From an uncultured Lachnospiraceae bacterium (lineage in GTDB: Bacteria; Bacillota; Clostridia; Lachnospirales; Lachnospiraceae), in NCBI GenBank assembly GCA_947177105.1, contig CAMWTF010000001.1:1-32697 (forward strand): DNA of 32,697 nucleotides, in the 5' to 3' direction. A program made the position numbers and the translations under genes. Each line of letters starts with the position of its first letter. Positions within the stretch are counted from its first letter, which is position 1. The notes beneath the pieces were generated by a model. The model saw nothing but the letters and a program-made list of their open reading frames with translations, did not search any database and was not told the DNA's origin. Below are positions 8,486 to 16,080 of this stretch, in pieces.

Positions 8486-9450
8486 TGGAATATGTATTAA
8501 TCGATCCGGATATGTTTATGCTTCAAAAGGAAGAAGAAGTGGTACAGAATATTGGCTTTTTCCGCAAGGTATCAGATTTATGCGATTCTGGTCGCATTTC
8601 GATTTGCTTATATAAAGAGATAATGGACTGCATAAATAATAGGTCAATTTATCCCTTCCCTATTGATATCAATAGGGTTAATGACAGGGGGCTTAAAGAA
8701 CAATTATTAGTTTTGAATAACTCCTTTACAACAGGTATAATAAATAATTATACAGAGATAGATATTGATAGTTGCAAAGGTCCACAAGAATTTACCACAG
8801 ATAGAAAGGATCTGGAAAAAAGTGATACTTACTATACATTTATAAATATGCTTTTGACACCATGCTATTCCACTCAAAATATTACAGAAAAGATATTGGT
8901 TGGTAAAAAGGCGGAGGGCATCAGGGAAGGGGAGGCGATTTCAATTTCCTGTGGCTGTGAAAATAAAGAATTCGGGAGAACCTACATATGGGTTTCCCCG
9001 GATGATTTGATGAGTGGTCAACAAAGAGCAGTAGAGAAATTACGCTCTATCTTGAAGGAGAAAAAGGAACTTTTTATTTCATCTCCCCAAACCATTAAAG
9101 GGGACCACCACAACCATATTCAAAGCACGGATTTTAACTGTTATGAGCAGCTTGCCGCAAAAAATAAAAGGGTTTTGAACTATCTGAGGTATTTTGGACT
9201 AAGCAAAATATATTTTAATGAATTCGCGCCAGATAAATCCCGTGAGACAGGAACCATTAAAATCACTAAAGTTGATAAGGGAACAGGCTCTGACATTGTC
9301 ACAGCATGGTTATTTGGATGTGATGAATTTCGCATCCTGGTGGAGTTGTATTTTCCTCGGGGAATCGGGGATGCACTGCAGGCATATTCTGATAATGGAG
9401 AATTATCAAGAATGAGAATGGAAGAACTAAAAACAGAATTAGTTTTGTGA
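8485..9450 (+). CDS. Hypothetical protein (321 aa), translationally coupled to the ATPase; candidate effector
   Basis: TAATG stop/start overlap; same AT-rich composition as the ATPase; no family recognised. Confidence 0.8.
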   Translation: MEYVLIDPDMFMLQKEEEVVQNIGFFRKVSDLCDSGRISICLYKEIMDCINNRSIYPFPIDINRVNDRGLKEQLLVLNNSFTTGIINNYTEIDIDSCKGPQEFTTDRKDLEKSDTYYTFINMLLTPCYSTQNITEKILVGKKAEGIREGEAISISCGCENKEFGRTYIWVSPDDLMSGQQRAVEKLRSILKEKKELFISSPQTIKGDHHNHIQSTDFNCYEQLAAKNKRVLNYLRYFGLSKIYFNEFAPDKSRETGTIKITKVDKGTGSDIVTAWLFGCDEFRILVELYFPRGIGDALQAYSDNGELSRMRMEELKTELVL

Positions 9451-9466
9451 CATCCATAAAAAGCCC

Positions 9467-9495
9467 TTGACAACGCTTTAGCGCACCACTATAAT
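9467..9495 (+). promoter_or_regulatory. Consensus sigma-A promoter for the T-box/por transcript
   Basis: Perfect TTGACA-N17-TATAAT. Confidence 0.9.
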
Positions 9496-9509
9496 AAATT
9501 CAATTGAGA

Positions 9510-9802
9510 AAGACTATGACGGAGACAGTACACATATCTCAAAGGTCACAGAGAGCCGCGGCAGCTGAGAGGCGGTGCGAGTAGGACATGTGGAACATCC
9601 CTCCCGAGTTGCAGCACCAAAACGCCGGTGGCGGCGTGAGTAGATGCTGACGGGTTTCTCCCGTGACAGAGAACGCATATGTTGGTATGTCGTAAATGGA
9701 TGAGATGTATTATAGCTTCTGCCGTTTACGGTGGAAGCTGTCTTATAATAGGGGATAACCAGCCGGACACCAGCATTTAGCGGAGAATGTCCGGCTTTAT
9801 TT
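9510..9802 (+). ncRNA. T-box riboswitch leader, probable Ile (ATC) specifier
   Basis: Stem I has the GA motif (ATGA/CGAG), AGTA (9527-9530)/GAA (9593-9595) loop E, AGAGA bulge and GCTGAGA apical loop, with specifier ATC at 9597-9599. Stem II has AGTA; a IIA/B pseudoknot ACGGG..CCCGTGACAGAGAA and a terminator follow. The canonical TGGNACC is absent. Confidence 0.85.
9761..9802 (+). terminator. Attenuator terminator of the T-box leader
   Basis: AGCCGGACA / TGTCCGGCT 9-bp stem followed by TTATTT. Confidence 0.7.
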
Positions 9803-9948
9803 AAGCGATGCAGCAGGTTTTACCAGAAGTTTAGCGTGGGCAGACTCCTATTATGAAGGAAAAAGTAAGGTCGAAGATCAAAGGTTTTCGACTGCCGATT
9901 ATGGCAATAAGCCGGGAAGTACCCGACTTTTGCGGGAAAGAGGTTACT

Positions 9949-10521
9949 ATGAGAGACACAATCGAGATCAGATGGCATGGCCGGGGCGGCCAGGGTGCCA
10001 AGACGGCGGCGCTGCTGCTGGCAGACGTGGCATTTAAGACGGGAAAGTATGTACAGGGGTTTCCGGAGTACGGTCCGGAGCGTATGGGTGCGCCCATAAC
10101 CGCCTACAACAGGCTCAGTGACAAGCCCATCACGATCCACTCCAATATCTATGATCCGGATCTGGTGGCGGTGGTGGATGACAGTCTGCTGGAGACCATT
10201 GATGTGACCCACGGGCTGAGTCCGGCGGGGGCTGTCATCATTAACAGCCAAAAGCCCAGGGAGGAGATTATTCCCCATCTGAGGGGCTATCAGGGCAGGG
10301 TGTATGTGATTGACGCCAGAGAGATTTCCGTGAAGGCATTGGGCAAATACTTCCCCAATTCTCCTATGCTGGCCGCCGTGGTGGCAGTCTCCGGCGTCAT
10401 GGAACCGGAGGTATTTTTGCAGGAGATGAAAGCGTCCTACCAGCACAAATTTGCCAAGAAGCCGGAAGTTATAGAGGGCAACATGAAAGCGTTGGAGTTG
10501 ACTTTCGAGGCGCTGAAGTAG
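9949..10521 (+). CDS. porC: 2-oxoacid (pyruvate-type):ferredoxin oxidoreductase gamma subunit
   Basis: EIRWHGRGGQGAKT and FPEYGPERMGAP motifs; start at 9949 after GAGG. Confidence 0.93.
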   Translation: MRDTIEIRWHGRGGQGAKTAALLLADVAFKTGKYVQGFPEYGPERMGAPITAYNRLSDKPITIHSNIYDPDLVAVVDDSLLETIDVTHGLSPAGAVIINSQKPREEIIPHLRGYQGRVYVIDAREISVKALGKYFPNSPMLAAVVAVSGVMEPEVFLQEMKASYQHKFAKKPEVIEGNMKALELTFEALK

Positions 10522-10527
10522 TACACA

Positions 10528-10620
10528 GGTGAAGCCGCGAAGGTACACGAGAGCGTCTTTCATGTGATCTTTTACGGATGAAAGACGTCTCTCCCATGTG
10601 TGTACCGAAGGGACTTCACC
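10528..10620. repeat. Long imperfect inverted repeat between porC and porD
   Basis: Nested pairs GGTGAAG/CTTCACC, GGTACAC/GTGTACC, GAGAG/CTCTC and CGTCTTTCAT/ATGAAAGACG. Confidence 0.8.
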
Positions 10621-10661
10621 CTTTAGTGCCATCGCGCAGCGATTTAAATTGGAGGATTCAT

Positions 10662-10958
10662 ATGAAAAGTACAGAGATCAATGAAAAGAGCCCTTGGCAG
10701 GATATTACAGAGGGCAACAAGATATTTGAACCGGCCACATCCCGGCACTTCTGCACAGGGGAGTGGCGCACTTCCACGCCGGTGTTTGACGAGGAGAAAT
10801 GCAAGCAGTGCCTGCTGTGTTTCCCGGTGTGCCCGGATTCCTCCATTCCGGTGAAGGATGGAAAGAGGGATGATTTTGACTACGACCACTGCAAGGGCTG
10901 CGGCATCTGCGCCAAGGTGTGCCCTTTCGGCGCTATCACAATGAAGGAGGGCAAATAA
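10662..10958 (+). CDS. porD: 2-oxoacid:ferredoxin oxidoreductase delta subunit (2x[4Fe-4S])
   Basis: TGEWR, CKQCLLCFPVCP and CKGCGICAKVCP motifs; GGAGG RBS before 10662. Confidence 0.93.
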   Translation: MKSTEINEKSPWQDITEGNKIFEPATSRHFCTGEWRTSTPVFDEEKCKQCLLCFPVCPDSSIPVKDGKRDDFDYDHCKGCGICAKVCPFGAITMKEGK

Positions 10959-12146
10959 ATGGCGATCAGAGAACGATTATCCGGCAATGAGGCGGTGGCC
11001 TATGCCATCAAGCAGATCAACCCGGACGTGATGCCCGCGTTCCCCATCACGCCCTCCACGGAGATTCCCCAGTATGTGGCCAACTATATTGCCAACGGGG
11101 ACATTGACACGGAATTTATTCATGTGGAAAGTGAGCACAGCGCCATGAGCGCCACTTTGGGGGCCAGCGCGGCGGGGGCCAGAGCCCTGACGGCCACCTC
11201 CTCCTGCGGCATGGCGCTGATGTGGGAGGAACTGTATGTGGCGGCATCGGACAGGCTGCCCATTGTGCTGGCGCTGGTAAACCGCGCCCTCACCGGCCCC
11301 ATCAATATCAATGCTGACCACTCCGACAGCATGGGAGCCAGGGACAGCGGATGGATTCAGATCTATGCGGAGTCCAACCAGGAGGTGTATGACAATTTTT
11401 TGCAGGCATTTCCCATTGCGGAAGACCCCAGGGTGCATCTGCCGGTGATGATCTGCCAGGACGGCTTTATCACCAGCCATGGCGTGGAGAATATTCTGCT
11501 GGTGGAGGATGAGAAGGTCAAGGATCTGGTGGGTGAGTATCATCCAGAACACTTCCTGTTAAACAGTAAAGAACCCATTGCCGTGGGTCCTTATGCGGTG
11601 TCCAACTACTATATGGAAACCAAGAGAGGCCAGCGGGAAGCCATGATCAACGCGAAAGAAGTGATCCTGGAATTGGCGGCAAAATTTGAGGAGATGACCG
11701 GCAGACACTATGGCTTCTTTGAGGAGTATGCCATGGAGGATGCGGAGTACGTGATTGTCATTATCGGTTCCGCTGCCGGCACCTGTAAGGCAGCTGTGGA
11801 CAAGATCCGCCAGACTGCCGGCAAAAAGGTGGGATTGTGTAAGATTCGAGTGTTCCGTCCTTTTCCCGAAGAGGAACTGGCGCAGGCTCTGAAAGATCGC
11901 AAGGCCATTGCCGTTCTGGACCGCAGCGAGATGTTCTCCGCCACCGGCGGCCCTCTGGGAGCAGAGGTGCGGGCAGCGCTGTATGGCGCAAAATCCCAGG
12001 CGGAAACAGTCAACTATCTCTATGGCCTGGGAGGCAGAGATATCACGGTGGAGGATTTTGAGAAGGTTTATGGGCGGCTGGAAGAGATCGCCCGGACTCA
12101 TGAGATCCCGGATATGTATGAGTATATCGGACTTCGCTCCAGATAA
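10959..12146 (+). CDS. porA: 2-oxoacid:ferredoxin oxidoreductase alpha subunit
   Basis: SGNEAVA, FPITPST, VESEHSAMS, DHSD, FRPFP and GLGGRD motifs. Confidence 0.95.
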   Translation: MAIRERLSGNEAVAYAIKQINPDVMPAFPITPSTEIPQYVANYIANGDIDTEFIHVESEHSAMSATLGASAAGARALTATSSCGMALMWEELYVAASDRLPIVLALVNRALTGPININADHSDSMGARDSGWIQIYAESNQEVYDNFLQAFPIAEDPRVHLPVMICQDGFITSHGVENILLVEDEKVKDLVGEYHPEHFLLNSKEPIAVGPYAVSNYYMETKRGQREAMINAKEVILELAAKFEEMTGRHYGFFEEYAMEDAEYVIVIIGSAAGTCKAAVDKIRQTAGKKVGLCKIRVFRPFPEEELAQALKDRKAIAVLDRSEMFSATGGPLGAEVRAALYGAKSQAETVNYLYGLGGRDITVEDFEKVYGRLEEIARTHEIPDMYEYIGLRSR

Positions 12147-12174
12147 AAACAGATGGCAATTCTAAACAGTATCA

Positions 12175-12261
12175 CTCACTGCCAACGCCCAGAGAATTTG
12201 GGGACGCCAGAGCGGCAGCAAATTGCTCCTTGGGAAAGGCGTAAAAGGCGTAGAAAGTGAG
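12175..12261. repeat. Imperfect inverted repeat between porA and porB
   Basis: CTCACT/AGTGAG, ACGCC/GGCGT and AATTTG/CAAATT pairings. Confidence 0.55.
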
Positions 12262-12288
12262 GAGGCAACACCCTAGTCGGAGGAAACA

Positions 12289-13227
12289 ATGGAAAAAACA
12301 TATAATTTCAAAGAAGTTATGAGTAAGGAGGAGCGTCTGGCTCCGGGACATAGAATGTGCGCCGGATGCGGCGGCACGGTGACGGTGCGGGCGGTGCTGC
12401 GCGCCCTGCGTCCCGAGGACAGGGCTGTGGTGGGCAATGCCACCGGATGCCTGGAGGTGTCCAGCTTCATGTATCCCTTCACAGCCTACGAGGACAGCTA
12501 TATTCACAATGCTTTTGAAAATGCGGGAGCTACCCTGTCGGGGGTGGAGACTGCTTACCGTGTACTGAAAAAGAAGGGCAAAATCGATGATACCTTCAAA
12601 TTTATCACCTTTGGCGGTGACGGCGGTACATATGACATTGGTTTCCAATCTCTGTCCGGCGCCATGGAGCGGGGACACGATATGGTGTATGTATGTTATG
12701 ACAACGGCGCCTACATGAACACAGGAACGCAGCGTTCTTCCGCTACTCCTCAGTATGCGGACACTACCACCACTCCTGCGGGAAAGGTCAGCGACGGCAA
12801 GGTACAGGTGCGCAAGGATCTGACTGCCATTATGGCCCAGCACCACATTCCCTATGCGGCCCAGACTACCTTTACCAGCAATTTCAAGGATCTGCATACC
12901 AAGGCGGAGCGCGCCATCTACACGCCGGGAGCGGCATTCCTGAACGTGATGTCTCCCTGCCCCAGAGGATGGGGATATGATCCTTCCGAGTTGATGACCA
13001 TCTGCAAGCTGGCTGTGGATACCTGTTACTGGCCCCTGTATGAAGTGATAGACGGCAAGTGGGTGCTGAATTACGTACCCAAGAAAAAGCTTCCTATCGA
13101 AGATTTTCTGCGCCCTCAGAAGCGCTTCAAGCATCTCTTCAAACCGGACAAGGAAGAGCTGCTGGCTCAGTTTCAAACAGAGGTGGACAGACAATGGGAA
13201 GCGCTGCGGAGACGCTGTGAACTATAA
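12289..13227 (+). CDS. porB: 2-oxoacid:ferredoxin oxidoreductase beta subunit (TPP-binding)
   Basis: GHRMCAGCG, ATGC, TPP motif GGDGGTYDIG...YDNGAYMNTG and SPCPRGW. Confidence 0.95.
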   Translation: MEKTYNFKEVMSKEERLAPGHRMCAGCGGTVTVRAVLRALRPEDRAVVGNATGCLEVSSFMYPFTAYEDSYIHNAFENAGATLSGVETAYRVLKKKGKIDDTFKFITFGGDGGTYDIGFQSLSGAMERGHDMVYVCYDNGAYMNTGTQRSSATPQYADTTTTPAGKVSDGKVQVRKDLTAIMAQHHIPYAAQTTFTSNFKDLHTKAERAIYTPGAAFLNVMSPCPRGWGYDPSELMTICKLAVDTCYWPLYEVIDGKWVLNYVPKKKLPIEDFLRPQKRFKHLFKPDKEELLAQFQTEVDRQWEALRRRCEL

Positions 13228-13380
13228 TATCCTGCAAGAATACGACTTGATGGCATCCCGCTGATTTACTGGCCAGAGAGTGAAAAAATTTTGTTGCAGC
13301 CAGAGTCCACGGATATCACAGATCTGCTTTGCAAGATGCTGGATATGCCTTAAGAGGATGCGGGCGGGCGCAAATTAATA

Positions 13381-13440
13381 GGAGCGTCTGGTAAATCATA
13401 GAGGAAGATCCTCTATGTCTGCCGGACGCTCCATATTTTT
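13381..13440. terminator. Hairpin terminator between convergent porB and DUF853 genes
   Basis: GGAGCGTCTGGTA..CATAGAGGA / TCCTCTATG..TGCCGGACGCTCC stem followed by ATATTTTT. Confidence 0.75.
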
Positions 13441-13462
13441 ATACGAGAGTTAATCTATCGAT

Positions 13463-15073
13463 CTACCGACCAAACAATGTGCCGATAATGCCCCGGCCCA
13501 GAGCGGCGCCCACGTTGCCTCCCAGCTTCTTGCCAAAAGAACCGCCCACGGTTTTGCCGATAGTATTGCCCAGCTCCCGGCCTACGGTACCGGCGGCGCT
13601 GTTAGCCACGCTCTTGGCGGCGGATTTCACTGCCCTCTGGCTTGCCGCCTGTTTGCGTTCCTCCGCTTTTTGGGCGGCGGCAAGCTCCTTCTGCCGGGCC
13701 TTCTCGGCGGCAGCTTCCTCTTTCTGCCGCTGTTTTTCTTCTGCAGCGGCCTGCCGGGCCTCCTCGGCGGCCTCTGCGTTAGCCAGGCTCATGCGCTCCA
13801 GAAACTCATAGGCGGAATCCCGGTCAAAATAGTCGTTATACTTGGTATACAGGATATTGTTCTTAATCTGCCTCTCCCGAATATCATCATTCAGCGCCCC
13901 CATCTGGCTCTGAGGCGGCAGGATATCGCACTTTTTCACCACTGTAGGCACACCGGACTCATCCAGCACGGACACCAGGGCCTCCCCAATTCCCAAGTTA
14001 ATCAGGGCGTCATAGGTGTCGAAATCGGGATTTACCCGAAAAGACTGCGCGGCGGCCTTGGCGCCTCTCTGCTCCGAGGGGGTATAAGCGTGCAGAGCGT
14101 GCTGCACCTTGTTGCCCAGCTGGGCCAGAACGCCGTCGGGGATATCCTTGGGGCTCTGGGTGACAAAATAGATACCCACGCCTTTGGAACGAATCAGCTT
14201 TACCACCTGCTCGATCTTAGTCAGCAGAGTTTTTGAAGCGCTGCTAAAGAGCAAATGCGCCTCATCAAAGAAAAATACCATCTTGGGAGCGTCCAGATCC
14301 CCGGCCTCCGGTAGGAGCTCAAACAATTCGGACAGCATCCAAAGAAGGAAAGTGGCATACATGGTGGGTTTGTTGACCAGAGTCTGGCAATCCAGAATCT
14401 GAATCACACCCTTGCCCTCGCGGTTGCGGCAGAACCAGTCGGCAATATTCAGGGCAGGTTCACTGAAAAACAGTTCTCCGCCCTCGCTCTCCAGGGCAAT
14501 GATGGCCCGGGTGATGGCCCCCAGGCTGGGCTTGGTGATATTGCCATATTTCAGGGTCAGTTCCTTGGCGTTCTCCCCCACATACTGGATCATAGCCTTC
14601 AGATCCTTGGTGTCAATCAGCAGCAGACCCTCGTCATCCGCTATTTTGAAGATAATCGTCAGAATATCGCTCTGGGTGTCATTCAGTTCCAGTATCCGGG
14701 ACAGCAGCAGCGGCCCCATCTCTGAGATAGTGGTGCGCAGAGGCAGGCCCTTTTGTTCATATACATCCCAATAGGTGGTGGGGAAGGAGTCGAAAGCAAA
14801 GCCCTCCCGATCCAGCCCCATGGCCTCAATGCGTTCCTGCAGGCTCTCGGAGATCACGCCGGGTCTGCACATTCCGGCCAGATCTCCTTTTACATCCGCC
14901 AGAAATACAGGCACACCACAGTCGCTGAAGGACTCGGCCAACACCTTTAAGGTGATGGTTTTACCCGTGCCGGTGGCTCCGGCAATCATGCCGTGGCGGT
15001 TAGCCATGCTGGGGTATATGTACACCTTCTCGTCCCCCGACATGCCTAACCAGATCTTATTATCCTGATACAT
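13463..15073 (-). CDS. DUF853 / HerA-like P-loop ATPase (YjgR family)
   Basis: ANRHGMIAGATGTGKT, DVKGDL, FFDEAH, IRSKGVG, QHAL and a C-terminal RGIIGTL; start at 15073 from GGAGG. Confidence 0.92.
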   Translation of the reverse strand: MYQDNKIWLGMSGDEKVYIYPSMANRHGMIAGATGTGKTITLKVLAESFSDCGVPVFLADVKGDLAGMCRPGVISESLQERIEAMGLDREGFAFDSFPTTYWDVYEQKGLPLRTTISEMGPLLLSRILELNDTQSDILTIIFKIADDEGLLLIDTKDLKAMIQYVGENAKELTLKYGNITKPSLGAITRAIIALESEGGELFFSEPALNIADWFCRNREGKGVIQILDCQTLVNKPTMYATFLLWMLSELFELLPEAGDLDAPKMVFFFDEAHLLFSSASKTLLTKIEQVVKLIRSKGVGIYFVTQSPKDIPDGVLAQLGNKVQHALHAYTPSEQRGAKAAAQSFRVNPDFDTYDALINLGIGEALVSVLDESGVPTVVKKCDILPPQSQMGALNDDIRERQIKNNILYTKYNDYFDRDSAYEFLERMSLANAEAAEEARQAAAEEKQRQKEEAAAEKARQKELAAAQKAEERKQAASQRAVKSAAKSVANSAAGTVGRELGNTIGKTVGGSFGKKLGGNVGAALGRGIIGTLFGR

Positions 15074-15165
15074 ATTCATTCCTCCATAGTACAGTTTTCT
15101 AGCACACATATTACTGTAACATCAACAGAGGCAATTCGCAAGCAAATTCCCAATAGGCATGTACA

Positions 15166-15861
15166 TTATTTCTCAACCGTATACCGCACCTGCTGCATGC
15201 GCTGATCCAGCTGGGCGCTGAGTTCGGCACACTGCAATAATTCTCCGGCAGTGGCCTGCTGGAGGGATTCAGGCAAATCCTTTTTATATCGCAGACGATG
15301 CTCCAGATTGGCCCAGAACTCCATGGCTATGGTGCGCAACTGGACCTCTACCTTCATATTGCGCTTCTCGTTTTGCAGGAAAATGGGCACTTCCACGATC
15401 AGGTGCAGGCTGCGGTAGCCGTTTTCCTTGGGATTTTTGATGTAATCCTTGCATTCGATCAGGGTGATGTCGTCCTGGCTGGTCAAACAGTCCGCCAGCA
15501 TATAGATGTCGTCGATAAAGGAGCATATCACCCGGATACCGGCCACATCGTTTAGGTTCTCTTCAACGGAGGCCAGGGTCATGGGGGTCAGCCCCTTCTT
15601 GGCCATTTTCCTGCGGATGCTGTCAGGGGATTTGATTCTGGTTTTGATGTTCTCAATGGGATTGCGCTCATGCTGCAGAGAAAACTGGTCATTCAAGACC
15701 TTGAATTTGGTCTCTACCTCCATGATAGCGCAGCGGTAACGGCTCATTAATTCCTGCCAGGCGGCAAACATGTTTTCCATGGCGGTGATGGAGTCGGATG
15801 TGATGAGATCCTTTATCAGCCGGTTAAAGTCCGTCTCCATTGCAATTGTATCTTGTTCCAT
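15166..15861 (-). CDS. Small alarmone synthetase (GTP pyrophosphokinase, RelP/RelQ-like)
   Basis: RIKS, DVAGIRVIC, KDYIKNPKENGYRSLH and EVQLRTIAMEFWANLEH motifs; start chosen from AGGAGG. Confidence 0.93.
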   Translation of the reverse strand: MEQDTIAMETDFNRLIKDLITSDSITAMENMFAAWQELMSRYRCAIMEVETKFKVLNDQFSLQHERNPIENIKTRIKSPDSIRRKMAKKGLTPMTLASVEENLNDVAGIRVICSFIDDIYMLADCLTSQDDITLIECKDYIKNPKENGYRSLHLIVEVPIFLQNEKRNMKVEVQLRTIAMEFWANLEHRLRYKKDLPESLQQATAGELLQCAELSAQLDQRMQQVRYTVEK

Positions 15862-15995
15862 AAGGAAATTCCTCCTAAAATTGTGTTCCATAAACTCACC
15901 CGATTTGCAGGCTCTGTCCATATTATAACGCAAATTACTGAGAAAAATATTAAAAATCTATAGTATTCTTATTAATTCTTCAAATACATTAGGAA

Positions 15996-16024
15996 TTGTC
16001 AAAAAAACTATATTCGCTTATAAT
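15996..16024 (+). promoter_or_regulatory. Putative sigma-A promoter
   Basis: TTGTCA-N17-TATAAT. Confidence 0.7.
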
Positions 16025-16080
16025 GAGACTGAAAAAGAGTTAAATTATAAGAGCCAATTTCAGGGAAGAAAGCGTGGATC

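Larger units (their letters stand above)
6104..9452. other. AT-rich three-gene accessory island
   Basis: Two 60-nt spot counts gave 28% and 42% GC, clearly below the surrounding core genes. It holds three co-oriented genes and no integrase or transposase. Boundaries are approximate. Confidence 0.65.

Noticed and set aside
9853-9948. N-terminal extensions in the ORF track for porC, and likewise for cooC, porD, the DUF853, SAS, YehL-like and vWA genes
   Set aside because: Downstream ATGs have better RBS spacing or coincide with where family similarity begins.
9820-13194. Long minus-strand ORFs (270 aa and 340 aa) over the por genes
   Set aside because: Antisense shadows of well-supported, codon-biased genes.
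13463-15073. DUF853 as a HerA-type defence component
   Set aside because: No nuclease or Sir2 partner is adjacent; it is a widespread stand-alone YjgR-type gene with core-like GC.
15166-15861. SAS as the toxin partner (toxSAS) of the Panacea protein
   Set aside because: It lies about 8.5 kb away on the opposite strand with core-like GC and looks like an ordinary RelP/RelQ-type enzyme.
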